Source: an uncultured delta proteobacterium (GTDB taxonomy: Bacteria > Myxococcota > Myxococcia > Myxococcales > Anaeromyxobacteraceae). From it: 64,000 bases of DNA. The notes below the pieces were generated by a model. That model worked only from the letters and a program-made list of their open reading frames with translations. It was not told the DNA's origin and ran no database searches. Location: positions 166,526 to 230,525 of the forward strand of contig CAWHDZ010000027.1 of the NCBI GenBank assembly GCA_963828255.1, given 5' to 3'. A program made the position numbers and the translations under genes. Positions 25,020 through 34,794 of the stretch are shown in pieces (within the stretch, counting starts at the first letter, position 1; each line of letters opens with the position of its first letter).

Positions 25020-28000
25020 CTACAGCATCCCCGGCTTGCCCGCCTTGAAGCGGTTGTACTCGGTGGTGAGGATGTCCACGTGCTCCCGCTCCTCGGCGGC
25101 CAGCTCCTTGTAGAGCTGCTGCTCCATGGAACCCGGCGCGCAGCCGGCGCCCTTCTCCGAGAAGTACTTCACCGCCCGCTGCTCGAACGCGATGGCGATG
25201 CGGAAGAGGTTGGCCGGGTCCTGCGGGTCGTTGGGGATGCCCGCGTAGACGGCCGCACGCTCGGTCTTGAACCCCTCCGAGGCCTCGCTCACGTCCACGT
25301 GGTAGCGGCCGGAGAGGGTCTCCATGTGCTCCTTCTCCATCTCCGCGAACTTGCCGAAGAGGGTCCGGAGGTCCGGGTCCTTGGCCTCGGTGGCGGCCCG
25401 CTTGTAGAAGGCCATGCCGCCCAGCTCGATCTCGAAGGCGATGCGGACGGCCTCGAGCGCCTTGGCGTCGGCGATGGAGCGCTCACCCAGCGGCGCGAGC
25501 TTGCCCCCGCAGGCCGGGCACTGGCCGTACGGGAAGGCGAAGCCCTCGCTCACCTTGGCGCAGGCCTCGCAGCGCCACTGCAGCGTGGAGTTGGCGCAGC
25601 AGATGTACTCCTCGTCGCCCTCGAGCGGCTGGCGGCACTTCGGACAGGTCTTTCCGGCGGAGGTCACGCTTTCAGCTCCCTTCGGTGCGGAGGTCTCGGC
25701 CGCAGCTCCGGCGGCGATGGGCTTCATGGGGACGAAGGCGTCGAGGTCGGCCTCGGCGACCGGCCACTTCGACTTCCCTCCGGCCAGCCACGTGGCGATG
25801 CCCTTGGCGGCGCGGCGGCCGGCGCCCATGGCCAGGATGACGGTGGCGCCGCCGGTGACGATGTCACCGCCGGCGAACACGCCGGGGAGCGTGGTGGCCT
25901 GGGCCTTGTCGTCGGCGACGACGTTGCCCCACTTGTTGAGGCCGAGACCGGGGGTGGCCTGGGTGATGATGGGGTTCGCCTTGGTGCCGAGCGCGTAGAT
26001 GACCGTGTCGCAGGCCAGGTCCTTGAAGCGGCCGGTGGGAACGGGCTTGCGGCGCCCCTTCTCGTCGGGATCGCCGAGCTCCATCTCCTCGACCTTCATG
26101 CCCTTCACGTTGCCCTCGGGATCGACGTAGATCTCCACCGGGGCGTGGAGGAAGAAGAAGTCGATCCCCTCCTCCTTGGCGTGGCGGATCTCCTCGATGC
26201 GGGCCGGGGCCTCGGCCTCGGTGCGGCGGTAGACGCAGCGGACCGTGGCGGCGCCGATGCGCTTGGAGACGCGCAGGCAGTCCATGGCGGTGTTGCCGGC
26301 GCCGATGACCACCACGCTCTGGCCGACGTTCACCGGCGTGTCGAGGTAGGGGAACCGGTCGCCGCCCATGAGGTTCACGCGGGTGAGGAACTCGTTGGCC
26401 GAGTAGACCTGGCCGGCGAACTCGCCCGGGATGCCCAGGAAGGTGGGCGCGCCCGCGCCGACGCCGAGGAAGACGGAGTCGAAGCCCTTCTCCTGCATGA
26501 GCTGGGCGACGGTGAAGGTCTTGCCGACGACCTTGTTGGTCTCGATCTTCACGCCCATGTCCTTCAGCCGGTTCACCTCCCGCTCGATGATGTCGCGGGG
26601 CAGGCGGAAGGAGGGGATGCCGTAGCGGAGCACGCCTCCCACCACGTGGAGGGCCTCGTAGATCGTCACGTCGGCGCCGTAGCGGATCAGGTCGGCGGCG
26701 GCGGCGAGGCCGGCCGGGCCGGAGCCCACCACGGCCACCTTGCCGAGCTTCTTCGCGAAGACCGGGGGCACGGCCTGGGGAGCCTTGGCGTTGTCGCCGA
26801 CGAAGCGCTCGAGCCGGCCGATGGCCACCGACTCCACCTTCTTGTTGATGATGCAGAGCGCCTCGCACTGCGTCTCCTGCGGGCAGACGCGGCCGCAGAT
26901 CGACGGGAACATGTTGGCCTCGTACATGGCCTCGAGGGCGCCGTCGAGGTCGCGCACGATCAGGTGCCGGATGAAGCGCGGGATGTCGATCTGCACCGGG
27001 CAGCCGGCGATGCAGGTGGGCTTCGCGCACTGGATGCAGCGCTCGGCCTCGCGGAGCGCGTCCTGGAGGGAGAACCCGAGGTTCACCTCCTTGAAGTTGC
27101 GGGCGCGCTCCTGCGCGTCGCGCTCCGGCATGTGGACTTGATGCGGCTCGAGCTCCTTGATCTTCTTGTAGTTGCGCTTCTGCTCGTCGAAGAGCTGCTT
27201 CTCGAGGTTGCAGACGTGGGCGTAGTCGACGTTGGCCTGCTCCTCCTGCCCCTTGAAGCGCTTCTGCCGGGAGAGCAGCTCCTTGAAGTCCACCTTGTGG
27301 CCGTCGAAGTCCGGCCCCTCGACGCAGGCGAACTTCACCTGGCCGTCCACCGTGACGCGGCAGGAGCCGCACATGCCCGTGCCGTCCACCATGATGGCGT
27401 TCAGGGACACCATGGTCTTCACGGCGAACGGGCGGGAGGTCTCGACGCAGCCGTACATCATGGGGAGCGGCCCGATGGCCACCACCAGGTCCGGCTTCTC
27501 CTTCTCGAGGATCTCCTTCAGCGCCACCGTGACGAAGCCGGGCTTGCCGTAGCTGCCGTCGTCGGTGCAGACGATGAGGTCGTCCGAGTACTTCTTGAAC
27601 TTGTCCTCCCAGAAGACCAGGTCCTTGTTGCGGAAGCCGATGATGGACGTGGTGCGGCAGCCGGCCTCCTTGAAGGCGCGCAGCTGGGGATAGACCGGGG
27701 CCACGCCCAGGCCGCCGCCGACGAAGACCACGTGCTTCCCGGCCTCGACGTGCTGGGGCATTCCCAGGGGGCCCACGAAGTCGAGGAAGCTGTCCCCCTG
27801 CTTGTAGTCCTCCATCATCTCCTTGGTGGTCTTGCCGAGCGCCTGGATCACCATGGTGATCGTGCCGGCCTCGCGGTCGTAGTCGGCGACGGTCAGCGGG
27901 ATGCGCTCGGCCCCCTCGCGGAGGCGGATCATCACGAAGTGGCCGGCCTGGGCCGACTTTGCGACGTCGGGGGCGTCGACCTCCCAGAGGAAGGTGGTGG

Positions 28001-28034
28001 GCGAGAAGGCCTCGTGGCGGACGATCTTGTACAT
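25020..28034 (-). CDS. Fused NfnA-NfnB (SudB/SudA, GltD-like) flavin Fe-S oxidoreductase with C-terminal Cys-rich metal domain and rubrerythrin/ferritin-like domain
   Basis: ERIPLT, GGGLG, DGTGMCGSCRV..FACVEGPDF (NfnA); CIQC..C..CP, CGRVCPQETQCE, GSGPAG, GAGNTAMD (NfnB); CPKC/CC/CEAC/CPAC; two E...FY/YF...ExxH segments. Confidence 0.88.
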   Translation of the reverse strand: MYKIVRHEAFSPTTFLWEVDAPDVAKSAQAGHFVMIRLREGAERIPLTVADYDREAGTITMVIQALGKTTKEMMEDYKQGDSFLDFVGPLGMPQHVEAGKHVVFVGGGLGVAPVYPQLRAFKEAGCRTTSIIGFRNKDLVFWEDKFKKYSDDLIVCTDDGSYGKPGFVTVALKEILEKEKPDLVVAIGPLPMMYGCVETSRPFAVKTMVSLNAIMVDGTGMCGSCRVTVDGQVKFACVEGPDFDGHKVDFKELLSRQKRFKGQEEQANVDYAHVCNLEKQLFDEQKRNYKKIKELEPHQVHMPERDAQERARNFKEVNLGFSLQDALREAERCIQCAKPTCIAGCPVQIDIPRFIRHLIVRDLDGALEAMYEANMFPSICGRVCPQETQCEALCIINKKVESVAIGRLERFVGDNAKAPQAVPPVFAKKLGKVAVVGSGPAGLAAAADLIRYGADVTIYEALHVVGGVLRYGIPSFRLPRDIIEREVNRLKDMGVKIETNKVVGKTFTVAQLMQEKGFDSVFLGVGAGAPTFLGIPGEFAGQVYSANEFLTRVNLMGGDRFPYLDTPVNVGQSVVVIGAGNTAMDCLRVSKRIGAATVRCVYRRTEAEAPARIEEIRHAKEEGIDFFFLHAPVEIYVDPEGNVKGMKVEEMELGDPDEKGRRKPVPTGRFKDLACDTVIYALGTKANPIITQATPGLGLNKWGNVVADDKAQATTLPGVFAGGDIVTGGATVILAMGAGRRAAKGIATWLAGGKSKWPVAEADLDAFVPMKPIAAGAAAETSAPKGAESVTSAGKTCPKCRQPLEGDEEYICCANSTLQWRCEACAKVSEGFAFPYGQCPACGGKLAPLGERSIADAKALEAVRIAFEIELGGMAFYKRAATEAKDPDLRTLFGKFAEMEKEHMETLSGRYHVDVSEASEGFKTERAAVYAGIPNDPQDPANLFRIAIAFEQRAVKYFSEKGAGCAPGSMEQQLYKELAAEEREHVDILTTEYNRFKAGKPGML

Positions 28035-28245
28035 GGGCTTCCGACTCCTGGTGCGACGGTGGAGGGGCGCCGGGAGGGCTATCCGGCGGGACGACGTTGG
28101 TACCAGCGCCGTCTGTACCCGTCAAGGACTACCCGCCGGGTCGACGACTCCAAAAAACACGTTAACGGCGGGGGGTTGGAAGGGACGGGGCTCTTCCGGG
28201 GAAGCCCCCTTGCGCCGGACGGGCGGGCGGCGCAGGTACTTGGGG

Positions 28246-28842
28246 ATGGCCAGCGAACGATCTGCCTCCCACCTGGCGCCCGGGTTCCTGGTCGCGGCCC
28301 CCAGCCTGCGCGACCCGAACTTCGCCGGATCGCTCGTCCTCATGACCGGCCACCGCAAGGCGGGCGCGATGGGGTTCGTGGTGAACCGGCCCGCGCCCAT
28401 CTCGGCGGCCGACATGCTCGCCTCGGTGGACGAGCGGCTGGGCGGGCTCGCCCGGGCCTCCGAGCACGGGCAGCGGCCGGTGCTGGTGGGCGGGCCGGTC
28501 TCTCCGGAGCAGGTCTGGGTGCTCTACCGGCGCCGGAACGGGGGCGAGGAGGACGACGCCATCCGCGTGGGCCGGAACCTGGTCGTGGGCAGCTCCCGGC
28601 CGGCGCTGGAGGCGATCCTGAGCAACGACGCCCCCGGCCCGGTCCAGCTCTTCGTGGGGTACGCCGGGTGGGCGCCCATGCAGCTGGAGAGCGAGATCTC
28701 CCAGGGATCCTGGGTCCCGCTGGGGTTCGACGAGGAGCTCGTCACCACCGTCCCGGTGCCCGATCGGTGGGCGGAGGCGGTCCGGCGGCTCGGCCTCGAC
28801 CCGAATGGATTCATCGTCGGCGGCGGCGGGGCGATGGCCTGA
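28246..28842 (+). CDS. YqgE/AlgH (DUF179) family protein
   Basis: FLVAAPSLRDPNFAGS, GFVVNRP, GGPV, FVGYAGWAPMQLESEISQGSW. Confidence 0.9.
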   Translation: MASERSASHLAPGFLVAAPSLRDPNFAGSLVLMTGHRKAGAMGFVVNRPAPISAADMLASVDERLGGLARASEHGQRPVLVGGPVSPEQVWVLYRRRNGGEEDDAIRVGRNLVVGSSRPALEAILSNDAPGPVQLFVGYAGWAPMQLESEISQGSWVPLGFDEELVTTVPVPDRWAEAVRRLGLDPNGFIVGGGGAMA

Positions 28843-28859
28843 CCGCCTGGGAGGAACCC

Positions 28860-29258
28860 TTGTTCGAGACATCCCAGCACTTCCTTCACGTGGCGGTCCA
28901 GTGGCTCCGCCTGGCGCTCGAGTCCGTCGGCGCGCTGGTCATCGCGGCCGGCGCCATCCGGGGACTCGTCGCCCTTGTGGCGGCGCGCGCGGCCCCCGCG
29001 GAGGTGAGATTCGTCCCCATCCGCCTGACGCTCGCCCGGTACCTGTCGCTGGCGCTGGAGTTCCAGCTGGCCGCGGACATCCTCTCGACGGCCATCTCGC
29101 CGTCCTGGGACGAGATCGGCAAGCTCGCAGCCATCGCCGTGATCCGGACCGGGCTCAACTACTTCCTCGCCATGGAGATCAAGGGGGAATCGGTGGCAAC
29201 CGCGGCGCACGCCGCTGGCCCCTCGCGGGAGCAGGCACCGGGGCCCACGGCGCCTTAG
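28860..29258 (+). CDS. DUF1622 family membrane protein
   Basis: TTG start after [48 protein letters not shown]. Confidence 0.85.
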   Translation: MFETSQHFLHVAVQWLRLALESVGALVIAAGAIRGLVALVAARAAPAEVRFVPIRLTLARYLSLALEFQLAADILSTAISPSWDEIGKLAAIAVIRTGLNYFLAMEIKGESVATAAHAAGPSREQAPGPTAP

Positions 29259-29307
29259 ACTAAGGGCTGTTCCCCACACCTTCCCCACACCGAAAGGACC
29301 TCCTCCG

Positions 29308-29808
29308 ATGGCCACCGTCACGCTGAAGGGCAACCCCATCCACACCAACGGCGACCTCCCCCAGAAGGGCGCGCAGGCTCCCGACTTCAAGCTCACCGGC
29401 ATCGACCTGAAGGACGTCGGCCTGGCCGAGTACAAGGGCAAGAAGAAGATCCTGAACATCGTCCCCAGCCTCGACACGCCGACCTGCGCCACCTCCACGC
29501 GCAAGTTCAACGAGACCGGCGGCAAGCTGCCCAACACGGTGGTGCTCGTCATCTCGGCCGACCTGCCCTTCGCCATGAAGCGCTTCTGCGTCGCCGAGGG
29601 GCTGCAGAACGTGGTGAGCCTCTCCATGATCCGCGGCAAGTCGTTCGCCAAGACCTACGGCGTGCTCATCGAGGACGGCCCGCTGGCCGGCGTGACCGCC
29701 CGTGCGGTGGTCGTGCTCGACGAGAACGACAAGGTGGTCCACACCGAGCTCGTTCCCGAGATCGGGCAGGAGCCGAACTACGACGCCGCGCTGGCCGCCG
29801 CGAAGTAG
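29308..29808 (+). CDS. tpx: Thiol peroxidase (atypical 2-Cys peroxiredoxin)
   Basis: [42 protein letters not shown]. Confidence 0.95.
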   Translation: MATVTLKGNPIHTNGDLPQKGAQAPDFKLTGIDLKDVGLAEYKGKKKILNIVPSLDTPTCATSTRKFNETGGKLPNTVVLVISADLPFAMKRFCVAEGLQNVVSLSMIRGKSFAKTYGVLIEDGPLAGVTARAVVVLDENDKVVHTELVPEIGQEPNYDAALAAAK

Positions 29809-29923
29809 CGGGGCGTCCATCGGCGGTGCGCCAAGCACCCACACGGGATCCCCCCGTCGCGAACTGGCGCCGGGGAGGGATCCTGTCTAGGCTCGCCCTC
29901 GTACCCTCGGGAAAGGAAAGCCC

Positions 29924-30538
29924 ATGGCCACCGTCCGCCGCTCGATCCTCGCCACCTTCGCCACCCTCGCCGTCGTCGCCGCCCCCGCGGCCACCCACGC
30001 CGCCGACACCTACATCGCCCTGAAGGGCGGCGTCTGGGCGCCCACCGCCAAGGACGGCTTCGCCGCCGCGGGCGGCGTCGTGAGCGGCCAGTTCCCCGCC
30101 TCGGGCGACATCGAGCTCGCCTACGGCGCCACCATGGGCATCATCGGGGCGCAGATCTCGGCCGGCTACATGTGGTCCTCGCAGACGCTGACCTTCGAGG
30201 GCAGCACCGCGACCGTCAAGGCGAGCGGCATCCCCTTCTCCGCGGTCGGCCAGCTCCGCTTGCCCATCTTCTTCATCCAGCCCTACCTGGCGGTCGGGGT
30301 CGGCGGCTTCGCGAACTTCGCGAGCGGCAGCGATGCGACCACCAGCTACTCCAGCACCAAGTTCTCGTTCATGGTCATCGGCGGCGCCGGCGTCGACTTC
30401 ATCCTCGGTCCGATCCTGCTCGGCGCCGAGGCGCGCTACAATTACATCACCGACCAGACCCTCGACTGGGGTGGGGCGATATCGACGATGAAGCTCTCCG
30501 GCGTGACCGTCACCGCCAACGTCGGCTACGTCTTCTAG
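29924..30538 (+). CDS. Small outer-membrane beta-barrel protein (OmpA/OmpW-like)
   Basis: Signal (AHA-type cleavage THA); QPYLAVGVGG, GAGVDF, AEARY; C-terminal VGYVF. Confidence 0.8.
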   Translation: MATVRRSILATFATLAVVAAPAATHAADTYIALKGGVWAPTAKDGFAAAGGVVSGQFPASGDIELAYGATMGIIGAQISAGYMWSSQTLTFEGSTATVKASGIPFSAVGQLRLPIFFIQPYLAVGVGGFANFASGSDATTSYSSTKFSFMVIGGAGVDFILGPILLGAEARYNYITDQTLDWGGAISTMKLSGVTVTANVGYVF

Positions 30539-30541
30539 CCG

Positions 30542-31057
30542 TCACCTGGCCCGGTCGGCAGCGTCGAGAATCTTTGCCGCTGCCGGCGGGTCGAGCTTCG
30601 AGAGCAGCTGCAGCTCCTTGTCGTAGTCCCGGTGGCGGGTCTCGGTGGAGTTGGCCCGGTCGTCCTGGATCCCGAAGAACTGGACGAAGCAGCCGTCCGC
30701 CCCGGCCGGCTTGCCCTTCACGAGGAAGCGCAGCCCCTGCCCGTTGGCGTCGCTCTCCGCCTCGAAGACGCCGTCGTCGTCCCGGGTGGTGGCGTGCCCC
30801 CGGTTGAGGAAGTTGCTGATCACGCCCTGCTTCTCCTGCCCCGCGAGCTCGCGGTCGGACCCCACCAGGCCGAAGCCGTCCGAGGCGATGACCTTGAGCG
30901 CGTCCACCCAGAGCACCTCGCAGGCCTTCGGGAAGCGGTACTCCCGCATGGCGTCGCGGACGTAGGCCGGTCCCGCTCCACCCGCAGTGAAGTTCTTGCA
31001 CCCCGCCGCGGCGAGCAGGACCGCGATCGCCACCGTCCAGAGATTCCGGTTCCTCAT
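30542..31057 (-). CDS. Hypothetical lipoprotein
   Basis: Lipobox LAAAGC; GGAGG SD; ATGA overlap with upstream ORF. Confidence 0.75.
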   Translation of the reverse strand: MRNRNLWTVAIAVLLAAAGCKNFTAGGAGPAYVRDAMREYRFPKACEVLWVDALKVIASDGFGLVGSDRELAGQEKQGVISNFLNRGHATTRDDDGVFEAESDANGQGLRFLVKGKPAGADGCFVQFFGIQDDRANSTETRHRDYDKELQLLSKLDPPAAAKILDAADRAR

Positions 31058-31278
31058 CCGCGTCCCTCCTCCAGCGTCCTCTTGAGTTCCTCGAGCCCGG
31101 CCTGGTCGTCCGACCAGAGCAGCCCGACCTGCACCTCTCCCGGCGCGCCCGGGGCCGTGTAGCAGACCTTGAGCCGCCAGCGCTCCTGCTCGCAGGCCTT
31201 CTTGATCTCGAAGCGAACGCCGCGCCCCTCGCGGCGGACCATCTCGAGCGCCCGGACGGCCTGTTCGGGGAGCTGCAT
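31054..31278 (-). CDS. Small hypothetical protein
   Basis: High-GC3 ORF between co-oriented genes; start could be GTG 31296. Confidence 0.6.
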   Translation of the reverse strand: MQLPEQAVRALEMVRREGRGVRFEIKKACEQERWRLKVCYTAPGAPGEVQVGLLWSDDQAGLEELKRTLEEGRG

Positions 31279-31299
31279 GGTCCGGCAGTAGACCACAGG

Positions 31300-32259
31300 T
31301 CAGGCCCGGTGCGCGTCGCAGCGAAGCCGGCCGATGAGCGGCACGTGGTCGGAGAGCCCGGCGAACGGGCTCTTGCGGTCGCCGAAGCGGAGCGAGCCCT
31401 CCAGGTCGAGGAAGCGGACCCCGTTGCCGAAGAAGAAGTGGTCGAGGTGCATGCGCATGCGCAGGAACCCGGCCGTCGGCCAGCCCCTGGCGTCGTCGGC
31501 GGCGAGGAGTCCCAGTTCCTGCTGGGCGGAGCGGAACCCCGCTTCCCCGGTGAGGAAACGGAACACCGGCGACCCGGGCGCCGAGTTGAAGTCCCCGCAG
31601 ACCACGAAGGGCTCGCCCTCGGCGTGCCGCTCCACGAAGGTGGCCAGCGTCCGGGCCTCGTGGAGCTGGTTCGGGCCCCAGCCCATCCTGGCCGGCTGCG
31701 TCCAGAACCCGCGCGCGAAGGGGGTGGGCAGCGAGATGTGCGTGTTGAAGACGTGGAGCCTCCGCCCGGAAGGGTCGGCCACGTGGATGTGGGCGCAGAT
31801 GCGCGCCTGCTTGCGGTCGCGGAAGCGCTCCACGTGGTGGTGGGTGATGTGGTGGGGCGAGTCGACGTTGTGGGATTCGACCCGCAGGCGCCGGGTGTTC
31901 ACCAGGATGGCCAGGCCGTGGGTGGTCACGTTCACCTTGCGGATGCAGTTGGCGTGGGCGCGGAAGTAGAAGCCGTCGTACGGGAAGGGCTTCCCGAGCG
32001 CGGCGAAGGCCCGCTCCAGCGCGGCCATGAACGAGGCGAGCTGGGTCTCCCCCTCCTCGCGGCGGCCGCGGGCCAGCCGGGAGCGCAGCGAGATGGTCTC
32101 GATCTCCTGCAGGCAGACCACGTCGGCGAAGGGGTCGAGGATGGAGAGCGCCCGGGCGATGCGGTGCTCCGGGCCGCGCGTGCTGGCGAGCCCCTTCAGC
32201 GCGTGGCCGAAGTAGCGGACGTTGTAGCTCACGATGCGGAGCGCCTGGGACCTGGGCAT
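31300..32259 (-). CDS. Endonuclease/exonuclease/phosphatase (EEP) family protein
   Basis: SYNV, DVVCLQE, NTH, CGDFN, LDH, SDH motifs. Confidence 0.9.
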   Translation of the reverse strand: MPRSQALRIVSYNVRYFGHALKGLASTRGPEHRIARALSILDPFADVVCLQEIETISLRSRLARGRREEGETQLASFMAALERAFAALGKPFPYDGFYFRAHANCIRKVNVTTHGLAILVNTRRLRVESHNVDSPHHITHHHVERFRDRKQARICAHIHVADPSGRRLHVFNTHISLPTPFARGFWTQPARMGWGPNQLHEARTLATFVERHAEGEPFVVCGDFNSAPGSPVFRFLTGEAGFRSAQQELGLLAADDARGWPTAGFLRMRMHLDHFFFGNGVRFLDLEGSLRFGDRKSPFAGLSDHVPLIGRLRCDAHRA

Positions 32260-32353
32260 GGAGGTCCCATGATCATGCGGCCAGCGGCGGGGCGCCGCAA
32301 CGGGGAGTTGCGGGATCGCACCGCGACGGCCCGCGCGCTGATAGGATTGCCGG

Positions 32354-33286
32354 ATGTCCCCGGCCGAGCCACACGCCCCGGAGGGAACCGAGTCCTGGAG
32401 CCTCGCCCCGGCCCGCCCGTCATCCGAGCGCCGCCCCTACCTCCTCGTGCTGTCCGGCCCCCAGCTGGGCGAGATCTTCGCCCTCGAGTTCGGGCGGGAG
32501 TTCGTGCTCGGCCGCGACCTGGCCTGCGAGGTCCGGCTGCGCGACACCGGCGCCTCCCGGCGCCACGCCGGCATCCTGGCCGGGCCCCGGGGTGCGCGTC
32601 TGCGCGACCTGGGGAGCACGAACGGCATCTTCGTGGACGGGAGCCGCGTGGCCGACTGCCAGCTCCAGGACGGGCAGCGCATCCACATGGGCATGCACAC
32701 CGCCCTCAAGTACTGCCTGGCCGACGACGTGGAGATCGGCTACCAGCGCCGGCTCGCCGAGGGGGCGCTCCTCGACCCGGAGACCGGCCTCTTCAACCGG
32801 CGCCACTTCGACGACCGGCTCTCCGCCGAGCTCGTCACCTCGTCGCGCTACACCCGCCCCATGTCGCTGCTCCTCGTGGACGTGGACGGCTTCCGGCGGG
32901 TCAACGAGGTCCACGGCCGGGCCGTCGGCGACGAGGCGCTGGGGCTCATGTCACGATTGGTGAAGTCCGCGGTGCGGCGCGAGGACGTCCTGGCCCGGGT
33001 CTCGGGCGAGGAGTTCGGCGTGGTGGCCCGGGAGACACCGCTCTCGGCGGGCCGGGCGCTCGGCGAGCGCATCCGCAAGGCGGTGGAGCGCGGGCGCCTC
33101 AGCGTGCGCGGACAGGACCTCGCGCTCACGGTGAGCGTGGGCGTGGTCGGCATCGACACCATCGGCACCTACTCCTCGGCGCGCACCGAGGCGGAGGTGA
33201 TGGGGCTCGCCGAGGAGGCGCTGCGCCGCGCCCTCGACGGCGGCGGGAACCGGGTCGAGGCCGAGGGGCCGCTCAGCCTGCCCTGA
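32354..33286 (+). CDS. FHA + GGDEF domain protein (divergent SGEEF motif)
   Basis: LGR..SRRHA..DLGSTNG (FHA); D..TGLFNRR, DVDGF, RRED I-site, SGEEF. Confidence 0.88.
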   Translation: MSPAEPHAPEGTESWSLAPARPSSERRPYLLVLSGPQLGEIFALEFGREFVLGRDLACEVRLRDTGASRRHAGILAGPRGARLRDLGSTNGIFVDGSRVADCQLQDGQRIHMGMHTALKYCLADDVEIGYQRRLAEGALLDPETGLFNRRHFDDRLSAELVTSSRYTRPMSLLLVDVDGFRRVNEVHGRAVGDEALGLMSRLVKSAVRREDVLARVSGEEFGVVARETPLSAGRALGERIRKAVERGRLSVRGQDLALTVSVGVVGIDTIGTYSSARTEAEVMGLAEEALRRALDGGGNRVEAEGPLSLP

Positions 33287-33309
33287 TGGCGGGCCGGGCG
33301 AGCGGCCGG

Positions 33310-34716
33310 TCAGTTGTTCACTTCCCCGAAGGCCCCCACCGCGTTCAGGAGCTTGAGCGTGGCGAGGTCCACGTTGAGCGACTCGGCCACCAGCCCCACC
33401 TCGGCCTGCCGGAGCGTCTGCACCGAGTCGGTGGACTCGAGGTAGGTGGCGGCGCCGGCCCTGTAGGCCACGTCCACCAGGCGGGCGTTCTCCTGGGCCA
33501 GGCCGGTGCGCTCCCTCGCCTTGGCGCGGTTGGCGACGGCTCCCTGGAGGTCGAGCTGCGCCTCCTTCACCCGGTTGACGGCCTTCAGCTCCACGAGCCG
33601 CTTGAAGGCGTCGGCCTCGGCGATCTTGGCCGTCTGCTCCCGGATGGAGGCCTCGCGCAGGCCGCCGTCGAGGATGGTCCAGGTGAGGCCGAGCCCGACC
33701 TGCCAGGAGAAGGCGTTGGGGTTGAAGGTGCTCGTGCTCGCGTAGTTGTAGGCGCCGAAGGCGCCGATGCTGGGCAGGTACTGCATGTAGATGCGGGTGC
33801 GCTCGCCCTGGGCCAGGTCGAGGGCTTCGGCCGCGGCCTTCACGTCGGGGCGCAGGTCGAGGGCCTGCTGCTCGAGATTGGACCCGGTGGGCTGCTGCGG
33901 CGCGGTGGGGATGACGATGTCGAAGTCGTCGTTGCGGTCGAGGGCGGTGGCCAGCGCCAGCCGGGCCCGCTGGAAGTCGATCTGGGCCCGCTTGAGGTCC
34001 TCCTCGGCCTGGGCCCGGTCGATCTCGGCGCGGAGCAGGGCGACCTTGGTCCCGGTGCCGGCCTCGAATCGGACGCGGGAATCGCGCTCCCGCGCCGTGG
34101 TGAGCACGACCTGCCGCTCCTGGACCGCGGCGAGCTCCTGGAGGCTCGCCACCCCGTAGTAGAGCTGGGCCACGCCGAAGAGGATGTCCCGGCGCGACTG
34201 CTGGATGGTGTAGTCGATGGTCCGCTCGGCCTTGAAGGCGTTCTGGATCAGCACGATCGCCTGTGGGGCCAGGATCGCCTGGTTGAGCTTCACCTGGCCG
34301 TTGGTCTGGACCATGGGCACGACGGTCGACTCGGTCACGGCGCTCGGGTAGACGATGAAGTTGGTCGGGTCGCCGGGGACCGACCCACCACCGGCCGGCC
34401 CCTGCTGCGAGCCCATGTCGCGGACCCAGTAGCCGGACGGAAGGACGAAGGAGACCTCGTACTGGTTGCGCGCGATCTGCACGCCGGCGGTCACCTGGGG
34501 CAGGTAGCTCGACCAGGCCTTCCAGGCGAGTTGCCGCGCCGCCTGGACCTTGGCGTCGAGCTGCTTGATGTCGAGGTTCTGCGTCCGGGCCGCGTCGATG
34601 GCCTCCCGGAGCGACAGGACCTTCTTCCCCGGCGCGGGCGACGGGGCCGGGGGCTCCACCGGCGCGGGCGTGGCCTGGGCGAGGACGAGGGCGGCGAAGA
34701 ACGCGACTGGACTCAT
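33310..34716 (-). CDS. TolC-family outer-membrane efflux protein
   Basis: GGAGG SD; LSLREAI..A...N; two YLP repeats; RFEAG..TK..LLRA; YRAG..TYLE. Confidence 0.88.
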   Translation of the reverse strand: MSPVAFFAALVLAQATPAPVEPPAPSPAPGKKVLSLREAIDAARTQNLDIKQLDAKVQAARQLAWKAWSSYLPQVTAGVQIARNQYEVSFVLPSGYWVRDMGSQQGPAGGGSVPGDPTNFIVYPSAVTESTVVPMVQTNGQVKLNQAILAPQAIVLIQNAFKAERTIDYTIQQSRRDILFGVAQLYYGVASLQELAAVQERQVVLTTARERDSRVRFEAGTGTKVALLRAEIDRAQAEEDLKRAQIDFQRARLALATALDRNDDFDIVIPTAPQQPTGSNLEQQALDLRPDVKAAAEALDLAQGERTRIYMQYLPSIGAFGAYNYASTSTFNPNAFSWQVGLGLTWTILDGGLREASIREQTAKIAEADAFKRLVELKAVNRVKEAQLDLQGAVANRAKARERTGLAQENARLVDVAYRAGAATYLESTDSVQTLRQAEVGLVAESLNVDLATLKLLNAVGAFGEVNN

Positions 34717-34794
34717 GAAACCTCCGATTTGCATGCGAGGTCTACACCAGAGCGCCTCGCCGCGCTCGGGAGAATCGACAGGCCGGCGCCCTCC

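Noticed and set aside
25020..28034. Annotation as glutamate synthase small subunit (gltD)
   Set aside because: No gltB nearby, and the N-terminal NfnA/PyrK-like module indicates the Nfn/Sud family
32880..32945. Possible Hypr-GGDEF (cGAMP synthase) linked to cytochrome regulation
   Set aside because: The specificity position retains Asp (AVGDEAL), not Ser/Thr
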